Below, in pieces: positions 21,401-36,419 of a stretch of DNA of 124,000 nucleotides. Origin of the DNA: Wallemia ichthyophaga EXF-994 (taxonomy: Eukaryota > Fungi > Basidiomycota); contig NW_008806281.1 of assembly GCF_000400465.1 (NCBI RefSeq), positions 144,001 through 268,000 of the forward strand, in the 5' to 3' direction. Position numbers and translations under genes: made by a program. Every line of letters begins with the position of its first letter. Position 1 is the first letter of the stretch. The notes under the pieces are model-generated. The model made no database searches and was not told the origin of the DNA. It worked only from the letters and a program-made list of their open reading frames with translations.

Positions 21401-22846
21401 TCAACTCTTGCCGAAGAAGCTCGAAATAGAGCGCAGCGTGGACGGTTTATCGAATCCGCCGTCGTTAGAGGGGGCGTGTGAGTGGGCATGTGAGTTTAAT
21501 TGTGAGTGTGACTGTTGCGTTAGCGTTGGCGTCGTACTATCAGCATTCCTTGCGCTGCTCTGCTGTCTACCAAACAACCACGATGCATTTGTTTTGTGAG
21601 CAGTATCTGTAGGCGTAGGCACATCCTCATCTGTAGGCAGCGGCGGTAATTTCAACCCACTCGGCTTCTCCTCGCCGGAACTATCCATGAACTCACGCAA
21701 CGCCCGTAGCGCATTCTCACTCGATAACTTACCCTCCTTGATTACATCCACCTCCCGCCTCAGCCTCTGTATCTCGTTGGAAAGATTAGCGTTCTCCATT
21801 TGCACATTAGTCATATCCATCACCTGCGACGATCTGTTAGACGATGCGTTGCTCGACGGTTGTTGTGGGGCTGGTTGAGGGTTGAGGTGTAAGTCTTTGA
21901 GGGATTTTGTTGTGTTGCCATTACCATTGCCATTACCACTGATGCTTGCATTATCCGCTGATACGGACGACAATCTCTTGTGTGACTTGATCGAAGCTCT
22001 CTTCTGTGGTAAAAGGGTGTAAGAGGTATTTCTTTGTATTATAACATATCGACTCACCGAAAGATTGGCTGGCTCGCTTAGTATAAACGACGACCGCTTC
22101 GACTCCGTCTCCTGTCTCCTCCTACTCTTATCCTGCTCTTGCTGCTGCTGCAGTTTCATGACGCCATTCCTGCTCTCCTCAACCCGCGTACGCAATTGTA
22201 CTATTATCTCCTCTGCATCTACTCTTTGCTTCTTTTCTATTTCCAACTCCTGTGCAATTAATTCGCAATCTTCTTTGTATTTCTCGTTACTTGTCATTAG
22301 AGCTACGTTGTCCTCACGCACTTTAGCCAATTCTGAAAGTATCTTTTCTAGGTCGTGCTCTGTGTGCTCTGCTTTCTCTGCGTGCTCTATATCTCTCTCA
22401 GATTCAGGCGGCGTGCGCAGTCCTAGCACTGACATGCGTTTATCGAACTCGTCCACTGTCTTTGCTGGGGGTATGTCCTCCGCATCTTGCTCATTCTCAT
22501 TCCCATTCTCGTTCTCACCCACACCTCCGGTGGTATGATCCTCCATCTTTATGAAATCTTCTTCGGCGTCGTCCCATTTATCGAGCGATTTCGTTTGCGA
22601 TAAGGATAACGAAGGTGATAGCGGTGGTTCTAGGGTGTGTTGATGCTCCTGCTTGTGCTGGTGCGTCAAGGATTGGGTATCATTGGAATCCAGCGTATCC
22701 TGTGTATCCAGCGTATCCAGCGTATCCTGCGTATCCTTCGTATCCTGCATATTCTGAGTATCATTCTCATCAAATCCATACTTCTCCTCTCTTTCTCCCG
22801 ATTCTTGCATTTTACTTCTATTTGAGTGTGCGTGATGGAGAATCAC
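21401..22846 (-). CDS. Coiled-coil hypothetical protein (basidiomycete-type)
   Basis: Long ORF with heptad coiled coils and LPPLPTD. Probable in-frame intron near 22010-22060. True start likely at MQESGE. Confidence 0.65.
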   Translation of the reverse strand: MILHHAHSNRSKMQESGEREEKYGFDENDTQNMQDTKDTQDTLDTLDTQDTLDSNDTQSLTHQHKQEHQHTLEPPLSPSLSLSQTKSLDKWDDAEEDFIKMEDHTTGGVGENENGNENEQDAEDIPPAKTVDEFDKRMSVLGLRTPPESERDIEHAEKAEHTEHDLEKILSELAKVREDNVALMTSNEKYKEDCELIAQELEIEKKQRVDAEEIIVQLRTRVEESRNGVMKLQQQQEQDKSRRRQETESKRSSFILSEPANLSVSRYVIIQRNTSYTLLPQKRASIKSHKRLSSVSADNASISGNGNGNGNTTKSLKDLHLNPQPAPQQPSSNASSNRSSQVMDMTNVQMENANLSNEIQRLRREVDVIKEGKLSSENALRALREFMDSSGEEKPSGLKLPPLPTDEDVPTPTDTAHKTNASWLFGRQQSSARNADSTTPTLTQQSHSQLNSHAHSHAPSNDGGFDKPSTLRSISSFFGKS

Positions 22847-22932
22847 AGCGCGTTTGGTTCAAAACTTCGAAAGCCATCAAAGCACGCCAGAAATCGAGGC
22901 AGCTGTCAGCACAAATCAACGCACTCAAATAA

Positions 22933-23263
22933 ATGCTCAGCTCCAACGCATTACTTAAAGCGTCTCAATCGTCCTCCTCGGCACACAGCAGCCCGTTGGC
23001 CACGATGAGCAAAGCCACAGCCACATGTGCACCTGTTGTGAGTTATGGCATGTGCTCATATAGACTGACCTACTAATCACTCATTCCCTCCAGGCTAAGG
23101 CTTATGGCGCTTGCGTTGCTTCTTCCTACGAGGACATTTCCAAAGGCGTCTGTTCAAGCGAATTTGAAGCCTTCAAAAACTGCGTCACTAACGCCGTGAG
23201 TGGGAGCATGATTCTCACTCTCCTCTCTTTCTAACCACCTCTCAGATGGGTAGGAAGTGGTAA
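22933..23263 (+). CDS. Twin CX9C mitochondrial protein, NDUFAF8-like
   Basis: Spliced ...ATCAP|AKAYGACVASSYEDISKGVCSSEFEAFKNCVTNA|MGRKW*. Absent from the ORF track. Confidence 0.75.
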
Positions 23264-23346
23264 TCCTTTCTCTAACCTTTGCATCCATTGTATTCTAATC
23301 TTCTTTCTTCTTTCAAAATGTACATCTTCTCTTTACAACACTATTC

Positions 23347-25170
23347 TCATCTTCTTCCCGCCTTTGACGGTGTCTGGGTATGATGTGTTTTGCTGCTTCG
23401 CGGTGTGTCACTGATCATGATCTTTTTCATCATGGGCGTAAGCCCTGAGCGATCACCTGACAACAGAGACCGCGTTTTTCGTTCATCTGCCAGCGTCTCC
23501 TCGATTCTCCTCCTACGGTTATCGTTGCGCTGTGATGGCGTCATCTGCATTCTCGATGCGCTTGGTGTGTAAGTGCCCCTATTCTTGCTCATCCCACTGC
23601 CTGTCGGCGTCAGTGGCAATGGCTGTGTTTCTTTGCGACTCTTCGCAGGCGCTGTGCGCATCCCATCAATTATCGTCGTCCGTCTAGGTGGTGTCACGTT
23701 CCGACTCTTGCGCGCTGACATTGGTGCAGATAGCTGTTGGTGTTGTTTTGACTGTGGTTTCTTGAACAATTGCTCCTCACTCTCCTGGCGCAGTTTAATC
23801 GCTTTGACGCGTCGAGTGAGCTCATCATCCTCACTACTCTCACTACTTTCACTACTCTCGCTGGCTCTGCTTGCCAAGTTGAAATTAACCTTCTGTTTCG
23901 GTCTTGGTTTCCCTTTCCCCTTGTGGGATGAGCGCGAGGTGAGCGTCTTGCCTATATCTTTGTCGCTTTCCGATGGGTTGCTGTTACTGCTACTACTGCC
24001 ACTGCTACTGCTGCTCAGTGTCATGCTGCGCCTGTCACGCGGACGCATTCTTCTGTCTCTCTTCCTCTTCTCCCTCAGCGCTCTCTGCTTTGCACTGTCA
24101 TCTGTTAGCTCCTCTTCATCACTGCGCCCGTCCATCGCATATTTCTCTTCTTTGTATTTCCAGAAAGCGTCAAAACTGGTGTCGCCATTGTCGTCATTCG
24201 CAGTGCGATACTCGTTCTTCTTCACCGCAGCTGAGTTTTGGTCGTTGTCACTGTCACTGTCGCTTTCATTACTGCTGCTGTAGCTTTGCCAAGCGGATAG
24301 TCTGTCGTGTGGCAAACCCTCATCACTACCGTCCTCGTCCTCGCTCTCACTCGAAGACAATTCGATCGTCTTGATGTGCTTCGTTGCGCCTCTTACTACG
24401 CTGCCATCTGAGCTGGGAGATGTGTTTCCAATTGTATTCTGCGCCATGTTCCTCTGTACTGAAGATCTTCTACGTTTGCTGGTTGTCGATTGACCTGCAC
24501 GAGCTGTAAAGCGGTAATGTCAGAGTCAGAAGTCAAAAAAAGGAAGGAGTCAGTACTCACACCCACCCATACGCATACCCTTTCTCACGCCCGCATTCTC
24601 CTTGTCATCACTACCACTCAAATCATGCCATTCTGCATCGCTCTCTGAGAAATCAATCACCGTCGGCAAGCCCCTGCTTTTTCTATCGCGGTAGTAAGGT
24701 TCGTGATCGGCGTGTAGCTCCCGATCAGCGCGCAGAAACGCATCAAGATCTTCCTGGTCTCTTTGAGAGCGCTGCTGGTGTATTAGTGCCTGGTGCTGCT
24801 CGAGCAGCTCGCGTTCATGCTCGCTATCCTCGTCTGACGCTCCAGAGTCATCTGTCGCATCACCACCGTCTACACCACCGAATACGAGGTTAGAGTCAAG
24901 CCCGCGTATGTGACCGCGGTCCGAAATTAGCTCGCCTGTTAGTATATCCACTTCATCATCTTCTGCTGCATCTATGTTGCCGTATTTCAACGCTAGCATG
25001 TCCCACGTCTCGCCTAGTTTGAGATTAGAGATGTAGCGCTTGAATGTCACCGCGTCATCCCCGTTGTCCTTGTCGTCCCTGTTGTCACCCGCGTTGCCAT
25101 CGTCAGGTGTGAGATGCTGTGGGGGAATATAATCCTTTCCGTTAAATGGACGTGGAAAGTAGGAAGACAT
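23347..25170 (-). CDS. SCM3: Centromeric CENP-A chaperone Scm3 with long disordered C-terminus
   Basis: LKL.ETWDMLALKYG...DDEVDILTGELISDRGHIRGL is the Scm3 N-terminal motif. A GTGAGT...TTACAG intron near 24500-24560 joins the two ORFs in frame (…GG|SRAGQ…RNMAQN). Confidence 0.8.
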
Positions 25171-25254
25171 ATAAAAATATAAAATTAAGTCAATTTATAT
25201 CTCTCTTCAATATCACCTCAATGATGGTTGTCCTAAACGTCGAGAGCGCTGAAT

Positions 25255-25641
25255 ATGCCAGGCCCCTCCAGGAGAAGCAGGACAGGCGCGTCTAAAAGAG
25301 ATATCCACAGAGCATCGAGAACCAAAGCCCGCACTAAGGATCTCGACCAGGTCCAGCTACAAGATTTGCTGCCTGAGAATAAAGCAAAATTGGAGAACCA
25401 GCCTCTGGACGAAAGTTTGCCTGGATTAGGACAGCACTACTGCGTTGAATGCGCTAGATACTTTGAATCTGACGTCTCTCTGTCCGCGCACCAAAAGACA
25501 AAAGTTCACAGAAGACGTCTCAAGAATCTCAAGGAACCTGCTTACACCCAGGCTGAGGCAGACGCTGCTGTCGGTTTGGGCGTCGATAAAACTCAACGAA
25601 ACTCAACTAAGCCACAGTCGATTGAAGTTGATCACAATTAG
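25255..25641 (+). CDS. BUD20: C2H2 zinc-finger pre-60S factor (ZNF593)
   Basis: R.KDLDQV, LPGLGQHYCVECARYF...H.KTKVH.RRLK.LKE.AYTQAEADAA.G. Confidence 0.95.
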   Translation: MPGPSRRSRTGASKRDIHRASRTKARTKDLDQVQLQDLLPENKAKLENQPLDESLPGLGQHYCVECARYFESDVSLSAHQKTKVHRRRLKNLKEPAYTQAEADAAVGLGVDKTQRNSTKPQSIEVDHN

Positions 25642-25751
25642 CCACGGACCTTGTATCTATCACACAGATTTTATGTATCTATAGATTATTTATGCAAACA
25701 AGAATAAATTGAAAAAGCCCTTAAAAAGAATAATTTCGCCTTTACTCAAAC

Positions 25752-28700
25752 TTAAAGACATGAGTTATCGTAGAAGTTGGTTCCGTGTGTTGTTGGTTTC
25801 ACAACTCCTTGTCTGATAACGAAATCACCGAATCCCTCATTTTCCAGCCTCTCAAGCGCGTACTGCTTGATCAATGGGCTGAGTATGTCTAATATCTCTG
25901 GCTCGGTTACCGACTCCTTGAATGGCTTCGCCAATCGTGTTCCGTCAGATGCTCCACCCAATAACATCAAATATGTTCCAGGAGCCCTACCCACGAATGC
26001 TATTTCTCCCATCCATGGTCGAGAGCATCCGTTTGGACATCCAGACATTCTCATCACTATCATGTCGTTCCTCAATCCATTCTTCTCCATGATATTCTCC
26101 ACCTTTCCAACTAACATAGGCAAGTAACGCTCCGATTCCGCCATTGCTAATCCACAAGTTGGTAACGCAACACACGCTGATGAAGACAATCTCAATCCTG
26201 TATAGGTCAAGATATCTAACTTATACTTGTGAAGCAGGTTCTTTATCTCCTCGAGCTGTGAATCCTCAACATCTGAAATTATCAAATGTTGGTTGGCTGT
26301 GAGACGGAATGTACCCTTGTGAATCTTTGCTATTTCACGCAGCCCGGTCTTGTATTGAAGACCATCGATTTCATCTTGGATACGACCGTTTTCCTAAAGG
26401 ATCCAATTAGCATGTCTAATCTTGCAACACTAATACTCACAATAAACATGGTAAAGTGCCACTTTCCATCCTGACCCTGAGCCCATCCATACCTATCGAT
26501 GTTCGAGTCAAACTTGTATGGACGACTCTCTTCCAATTTGTAACCGAGGTATTCATGGAGCTTGCCAACGAATCCAGGTAATGTCAAGTTGTCGATGGTG
26601 TACTTCAGACGAGCATTCTTGCGGTTCTCACGGTTACCATAGTCGCGTTGAACCAACATGATCTTCTCAGCGACGTCGTTGATCTTGTTTGGTGGCACAA
26701 ATCCAATGACATCACCAAGACGTGGATATGTTTTCTTGTTTGAGTGTGTAACACCCATACCACCACTGTGAGCACTGTTAGCGTTTTCTAAAATCTTGTC
26801 TCAACACTCACCCTATCGCAACGTTGAAACCTTCAAGTTGTTGACTTCTCTCATTTACAATCGCAATGAAACCAACATCATTTGCAAAGACATCAACATC
26901 GTTGTGAGGTGGAATAGCAATAGCGATCTTAAACTTTCTTGGCAGGTAGTATGGAGTGTACAATGGCTCCTGATCGACGACAGATTCACCTGCAATCTTC
27001 TTGCCATCTAACCAAATCTCACGGTATGCTGAGGTCTGCGGCAAGAGGTGATCACTCAGTCCCTTAGCAGCTTCGTGCACAACAGCGTGCAAATGCGAGA
27101 ATGTGGGATTGGCCGATGCCAATACGTTTCTGTTGACATCACCACATGCAGCAATAGTATCCAAGGCTGTCTTATTGATTGCTTGCATTGTTGCCTTCAA
27201 GTTACGCTTGATCACACCGTGGAATTGGAATGTTTGTCTTGTAGTAATCTTCATCGACTTATTGGCATACTCATCACCAATCCTGTCAAATGCCAACCAT
27301 TGTGGACCGTTACAAACACCTGCTGGCATACGCACTCTAATCATGAAACTGTATGCTGGCTCCAGCCCTTCATTCTTTCTATCCTCTCTGATATCACGGT
27401 CATCTTGCATATAGGTACCGTGGAACTTGGTCAATTGTGTATCGGCCTCGGCGATAGCCCCAGTAGACTCATCCTCAAGTCCTTGTTCAATTGTACCGCG
27501 GAGGAAGTTGGATGCAATCTTGATGTGCTCATTTGTAACTGGTTCCGGTTCCTTTTCAGTGACTTCGACATCGTCGACACCTAACGCCTTCCACAGCTTT
27601 GGTTCCCAGATCTTGTAACCCGTCTGTGGACCATCTGGATCTTGGTCGTCACCCAATCCAAGGTCGGCAAAACGTGTAGCGCCAAGCTTCTCAAGACGTG
27701 CATCCAAGTCCTTTCCAGGACGATTGTAGAAGTGTGCATCTTCGATTCTTGGCCAATAGTGAGAGTCACCCATACCAAACACACTGAACTTGACGTCATT
27801 CAATGTCTTGAAAACATCAGCTTGTCCGAGCAAGGTGGCCGTGGTCTTGAAAAAGTTTCTTCCGTTTTGTGGTGGCTCACCCTGACCAGCTGTTGAAGAA
27901 ACAAAGACAACGTTTTTCTCGAGCTTCATATCCTCAAATGGGAAGTCATCCATAGCCAAAACTCTAGCAGCAACTCCGCGCAGCTTAGCGCGAGTAGCGA
28001 TGCGCTTAGCAACCTTCTCAGCGTTACCACCGTCAGAAGCAAACAATACGAGCAATGGTGGACCATCCATGTTACCGAGAAGTGAGTCCAATGCTTGCTG
28101 TGCCTTCTTCTTTTGAGCATCCTTCAAACCTTGTCCCTCTGAGCCAACAAGCTGTGGTGCAAGCTGTGGCTTGGATTGAACAAAGTTAGCTAAATGGTTT
28201 TGGCGATCGAGGAAGCTCTTGAGGTCTTCTTTGATACGCTCAGAGTCGAGTGAGAACATGTTGTTGGTTTCTTTTGCTGGGTTCCAACGGTATAACGGCC
28301 AGTAGCCAACGTCGACAGCTGCCTTTGTATCCTTGAGCATTTGAAGTGGAGTAGATTGCTCTGAAGTGTATGGCAAGTGAGCAAGGACAATAGATGGGCC
28401 ATCATACTTGTCAGCTTCCATCAATGCTTGGAGGACTTGGGTGTATGATGAGTACACGGCAACAGATGCGACGTAAACATCTCCGTAGTTCATTGCATAG
28501 AGACCAACATCCTTCTTGCGCTTTGATGGATCTTGGGCGTTTCTCTGATGGTATGGCAATGAATCAATAAGAAGAACGTTTATGTTCTTTCCAGATGCAA
28601 TAACTAATTGATGTCAGCAAAACTTTCAATCAATACTCGTATTCCAACTTACCATGGTGAAGCCCTGAGAATCCTACATCGTACGACCATGCATCAGATC

Positions 28701-30189
28701 CAATAATCCAACGCGATTGTGAAGTGAGCAAACTGGTATTTTCCAAAACATATCGGACCTTTGGATGAGATGGCTTTTCATTTTTTAAGATTTCAACGGC
28801 TGTGTTTGCAAGTGACTGGCTAACTTTCGAGTCATCTTTCTTAATAAGCCATTTTGAGAAAGCTTCGTGAAGTTGATTCGAAACACTGTTTGAGGAGATT
28901 AACTCAGAGATGGCACTAATGACGGACTCTCTCTTGTTGAGATTAGCGAGAGTAGAACCGAATGCAAACTCTGGTGAAGTAATGTCAAGACCCTCTGATG
29001 GTACTTGATCTGGCGAGTTGACAACAGCCAAGTTTTCACCAAAGATTTGTTCCAAGAGTTGAGTGTATGACTTTTCATGCTTAGGTACGTAAACATCGTA
29101 ATTTGCTTTAGCTGCCTCAGAGAGCTTTCCATAGAGCTGACCGTGCTCTGGTTGGTCCTTGTCGAGGTTGGAGTGAACAGATTCAACCACCGTAGCAATC
29201 TTGTCTTGACTTATAGATCCAATAACACTGGACGAAAGCTTTGGTAATTGCCTGTCTGAGGTGGTGAATGCACTGATCACGTCAACAAAAAGTGGAGCGA
29301 ATTGATCAACCTTTTTGGTAACTTGTTCGAGAACGGCAATACGCTCAACAGATGAAGGAATAAGATCAAGGAGTCGCTGATAGTCCATTGGACGGTAAGT
29401 GGTGAGTGCGAGAACTCCAATAGCAGAGTCTTTGTTGACGGAGTTGAGGAAGGCTGAAGAAGCAGAGCCAAAAGTGATAAATAAAGTGTTAGGATCTGAA
29501 GGACCAGAGTAAAAAGAGGTGCGTTGTGGTCTGCGTGTGGCGATGAGTGCCTGCAAGGCGATAGCATCAAAATTTTCGAGCTGCTTAGCAGACTTGTCTG
29601 ATGGTAAGTGAGAAACGCCATTAATACCGTTAGAAGGAGCTTTATCATTTTGGAGGAAGGTAATGATGTCTTGCTGAGAAATTTCACTAAAGTGGTCAAC
29701 GATGGAGGAATCTTCGAAGATGTGAATGACGGAGGAATTGAGCTGAGCAGCAAGCTTGGAAGCAATGAGAGAATGATCGTGAGCTTCAACTAAAGATGAA
29801 GAGTAGATGATTGGAAGACCGGAAGAGCGGAGGGTGAGTATATCGGAGAGGTCACCGGCTTGTTCAATAGACAAATTGAAGACGATTGGCTCATCGTTGA
29901 GTTGCTTAGTAAGAGTAATAATCTCGTTAATCATGTGTGGGTCTGCAAAGCCAGTGACGGAGACAGGACTTGCGCCATTGAGTGCGTGTCTAACGGCGGT
30001 GTCGATTGGCTGAGCTCTGGAATGGAGAGTGGCAATCACAGGATGATTTACAAGGCCAGTGTCATTTGCCAAAATGGAATATGATTGGTCGAATGAAGAT
30101 GGCTGGTTTGAAGGTGGCAACACAGATACCACTGTCTTCGAACTGAGATAAGTAATTCTACCAACCACCTGTGAAATTAAGGTGGCCAT
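25752..30189 (-). CDS. MET5: Sulfite reductase beta subunit (multi-exon)
   Basis: PFOR-like N-terminus, flavodoxin domain ([15 protein letters not shown]), [39 protein letters not shown]. Confidence 0.95.
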
Positions 30190-30539
30190 CTATATACTAA
30201 TTAGCTTTTCCTTTAAATTTCAAGCTTTACTCACTTTTGACTTTGTTGGTCCAAGTTAAAGAAGCGAGTCCGCCAATCTGCATCGATGATGTGCTTCGTA
30301 GTCGTCCACTAAAATTCTTCCGATTACAATTCAGCATTTTATTAAATCTTATTAGCTATCCCGTTGTTAATGTTTTTACACTTAATTCATCTCTCTCCCG
30401 TTCCTTTCCTCATCGGTATCGTCGGTATCGTCGGAATTTTAGTTGTGTTAGCCAAATCCGAATTCAGACGTGTTTCATCAATTGGTACATGTTGCTAATC
30501 TATATTATCCAATCTACACTTTGATACCTCAGTTTAAAC

Positions 30540-31082
30540 TCAGAAACCTTGAAAATTTTATCAGTACTGTTCAATATCTCGATTCCGGCAAACTCACAGC
30601 AGTCACAATCAAATGGACATAAAGCTGTATCGCCACCTTTATCATCATCCATACCAAGCTCATCAAAGGTATACACTGAAAATCCGTCATCGGTCCTTTT
30701 TCCTGTGTATAAACGCGTTAAAAGAGTTTAAGCGTTTAAACCCTGACTCACGCCCACTAGTACCCCTAGAATCAGCAAAGTCGTCTTCTTCCTCGTCTTT
30801 CGGCTGTTTCTTCTGCTTTTCTGGTTTCTTGTCTACAGTACTCGAGCTTGTGTCGACTACAGTAATTGGTGACTGGTCCTCTTTGTCGCCTTTACCAGTA
30901 TTTACATCCTCACTAACTTTCTTTGCTTTCTTCGCCTTCTTCTTTGATGAATTTGAGTTTGGTTTGGACTGCTCTTGCTTCTTCTCATCACCCCGACTTG
31001 TACTACCGCCTGCGAATATATCATCGATCTCATTAGCTTTACGCTTCTTCTCTTGGTCGTTTCCCTTGGCTGACTTGGCCAT
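30540..31082 (-). CDS. DUF1764-family small nuclear protein
   Basis: EIDDIF, DFADSRG...|RTDDGFSVY...ELG....GGDT.LCPFDC.C|CF*. Confidence 0.75.
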
Positions 31083-31114
31083 TTCACTCTCTGTTATCAA
31101 CGTTTAACGGTAAA

Positions 31115-33185
31115 ATGGATAGGAATAACAGAATCCAAAAATTAACTTCTTCAAGATTCGGTCAGAGAGCTGCAAACCTTGCCAGCTCCGCAGGTACTTA
31201 TATCGCTTCAAAGGACTATCCACAGCTCGCGAAATCCTTTTACTCATCTGCATCACAAAACGCAAGCGATTTACTCGGATACACAAATGATCCTAACACA
31301 GTTATTGAGGGTACTGATACAATCACCGTCTTCCCAGGCTGGGCTGTCGAGAAAGCTGAAGAATCTGTATACAAACTCCAACTCAGCGGCTACGCGTCCT
31401 GTCTGAGAAGCATCGATAAAGCAACACGATCCCAGCGGGCTTTCATGAAGCTCGCAAGATCATTCGCTGCACTTCCCCCTCTCCCCAACACTACTGCTTC
31501 GTCACAGGAGACATTCAGCAGCGTCGAGGAGGAATTGGAGGAGTTAGAGGCAAGCAATATACCCAAATCTGAACAAGAACAGATTCAACTTGAGCTCAAG
31601 GCTGAGTCGGCTCGTACAGGTGGCTCTAATACTGCTCCTGGTCGCTGGAACGAACAGCCCAGAGTTGCGAATATGATGAAGCCTCAGCAACTAGAAAGAC
31701 AACAAGCTAGCGTACCAAGTATACCTCTTGAAAAGTTGCACACTATGCATGCAAATATGAGTGAGTCGCTCTACCACTCCTCAGTATGCCATCTTACGTC
31801 AATCTTCAGATAAGCGTCTGCAGCCATTCTGGTCCTCTATATTACCCAATAGAATCTTGAAACTCAACGTGTATGCTGTTTGGGGTACTCCTGTCGACAG
31901 GACGGTTGACGAAGTGCCCGAAGCTAAACCGGTCGCCACTACACAAGTAAGAACGAATCAACAAGGCCATTTTGAATATGTGTTTAACATAGTGGGTCGG
32001 ATACTAAATTTGTTTAGCTCTTCTTATAATTCACAGAAAATAGACAACATCCGGAGACCTTCTTGGGTTAAAGATCCATATCAAAAGCCCATAGAGCTGA
32101 AAATCCAGGTAGACCTTCTCCCTCAGATGCTTGACTACAGTTTACGCCCAGGCATAGTACCAACTCCTGACTCAGTTGCCGACGTAACAGCCAGTCAGAT
32201 ACTCCATGTAAAGCTGTCTTCCGATCGTGGCATACGAGTGATATCAGACCTCGACGATACAGTCAGGACGACGGAAATTTTCAACGGGGTCAGAGCCATG
32301 TTCCGCAACGTCTTTGTCAACGATGAAAAAGAAATGGTTATACCAGATATCGTCAACTGGTACAATAACATGTATAAGCAGGGCATAGCAGGGTTTCACT
32401 ATGTGTCTAATTCTCCCTATGAGGCATTCTCAGCAATTAACGACTTTTTCAATATTTCTAATCTCCCACATGGTCATTTCAAGCTCAAGTATTATGGCGG
32501 AAAGTCTCTGCTCGGTGGCTTGTGGGAACCGGCTGCGGAGAGGAAACGAGCAGGTGTGATTGAAATATTGAATGAATTCAAACTTTGCCAGTTTATTCTT
32601 GTCGGAGATAGCGGTGAACAGGATTTGGAGCTGTATTCATCTTTGGCGAGAGAGCGACCTAACCAGATACTGGCAGTCTTTATAAGAGACGTGACAACAC
32701 CAAACGACAAAGATATAAGTAAGGAGAGTACAGGGACGTCTTCTGAGGACGTGTTAATACCACCAGTCCCACCACCGCGAAGCACAAAGCCAGATCTACC
32801 ACCTATGTCACATATACCACCTATAGCACCGAAAGAAAACACTTGCCAGACGAAGAAACCCCCGCCACCGCCTGTGCCTCCTAAACCTTCACTCACACCA
32901 CAGACACATTTGGCGCCAAAGCTTCCATCTAGAAGTGAGACAACGCCATCGTCTTCAATTCGGTCGAAGCCATCATCTATCACTCTTCTGGGCAGTGACA
33001 GCGAACCAATAGAGTTTGAAGCTTATGACGCCGCAGAAGCAAAATTAATGAAACGCATTGATAATTTCATGATGAGATTGGAAAAAGCAAAGATGGAGAT
33101 ACCTGCGCAAGTCATCTTTTGCGTATTTAAAGATGCAAGAGAGGTTGAATCTATAACGGAGACCTTACTCGCAGCTCAAAGATAG
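31115..33185 (+). CDS. APP1: App1-like phosphatidate phosphatase (DUF2183)
   Basis: VISDLDDTVR (DxDxT), FHYVSNSP, ILVGDSGEQDLELY, IFIRDV. Introns near 31760-31810 and 31990-32040. Confidence 0.88.
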
Positions 33186-33315
33186 ACTTACAACGGTTTT
33201 ATAAGCTAACGACATAACGCACAATTTGTATCTGTAGCAATAATTTATTTAATGTTCTTTGCAATTTATTTGAATGACGAATAAATATAATAATACAATA
33301 GAGCTAAAGGTTCAA

Positions 33316-34675
33316 CTAAGCTTCTTCGATTCCACCGACACCCAGTGCATATGTAGCTTCAGTTTCCTAGACAATATGAGCTTAATAATACATCGCCTCA
33401 TTATACTTACAGGTAAGTCTGGTGAATCTGACAACTTTGCAATGCGCTCGTTGCCTCTGCCTTTGCGAAGATAGATGCGTGTTGTGGATGCATGACCGAG
33501 AACGTGACCCCCGACAGGTTTTTTGTCGGCTGCTGCAAATGTCGTCATGGCGCCAGGATCAGCTTGTACGTGATTAGAGATAAGAATCGCGACGTTGAAT
33601 TCTTCAGCGAGTCTAATCAGACGTGTCAAATGCTATTATGCGACTACGTCAGCTTTGAACCACTAATCAGACTAACGACGCACCTGATTCAGTTTTTGCT
33701 GGCGCTCAGAAAGTTCCCCTCGGCCGCTGTAATCGGTTCTGAATAGCGCAAGAATCGAGTCGACAACGACCAGCTGAGAATCATGTCAATTTGCTACGCT
33801 AGCTTGTAGCTTTACTCACTCTGTAGATGCCACCCTCGTCAGCCATTTTAGCTGCCAGAGTGTTCAGCAAGTCCATCTGTCTACTCAAGGTAAGAGTTTA
33901 CATTAAATTAAGAGTCGCACATACTGCTCTGAATTGAATGCGCGCGCAACAGTGATATTATCAAGAGCTGCCTCCTCATCCATGTTAAATCTTGCCGCAA
34001 TTGACCTGATCCTGTCTGGACGGAAAGTGCCTTCGGTGTCAATGTAGGCAGCTTTACCACTAGCGCCGCCCATGTCTTGGGGCAACTGAACAGTAACGCA
34101 AGCAGTGTGGCAGAGTTGAGTTTTTCCTGTTCTGAATTCACCATATACCTCTGTTATGGCTTGTGATTGAACACCTGCTATACAGGTGGTGAGTATAGGT
34201 GCGAAAGACGACCAAACGCACCCCCAAGAATAGCGTCGAATGCTTTCGAGCCAGTGGAGATGTTGCATATGCTTTCACGCTTCTTAGCGACCTCTGCAGC
34301 GGTTAAGAAACCAGTCTTTGAGCACTTCTGAGCGGCTTCCTTGATCTTCTCGACTTTAACCTCGGAAAGACCCTAGCTTGATTGTGAGTATGTAGATAGC
34401 AGTTAGTATTGAAGCTATCTGCCTTGATTTTGAGCAATTGACGACGAGTAACTTGCAAAACGGCCATAACGGTGCTAATTCCGCCGTTGCGCAGTTTAGT
34501 GATATCAGCAGCATTGATATTGTACTGCTGGAGCGTATCAATGTGATCAAAAGTAGTCTCTGGTGCTTGCTAAGAGATGAGCGTTAGAGATGGAGATGAC
34601 TAGAGATCTTCAAAGATGCTCTACATTTTCATTAAGAACTTCTGATTGGTCAACGACTGAAGGTGTTTGTGACAT
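33316..34675 (-). CDS. DMC1: Meiotic recombinase Dmc1 (apparently intact, multi-exon)
   Basis: [36 protein letters not shown]...[33 protein letters not shown] and ERIAKL are Dmc1-type rather than Rad51-type. Confidence 0.9.
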
Positions 34676-34745
34676 GCTTTGAATAATTTATTTCGTTTTG
34701 TTGGTGGACGTTGGTTATAAACCTCCTCAGAAATATACATCGAAC

Positions 34746-36329
<1,584 letters not shown>

Positions 36330-36419
36330 ATATAAAATCTGATTATGATTAAGTTATATGTGTATAAAATACAATAAATAATGCAAAAGTTAGCTTTCTA
36401 TATATATGGTACGTAAAGG

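Noticed and set aside
23573-24283. Long antisense ORFs (also e.g. 69140-69838, 54541-54960, 40826-41545, 98032-98526)
   Set aside because: Shadows of real genes with biased codon or low-complexity composition; no independent domain evidence.
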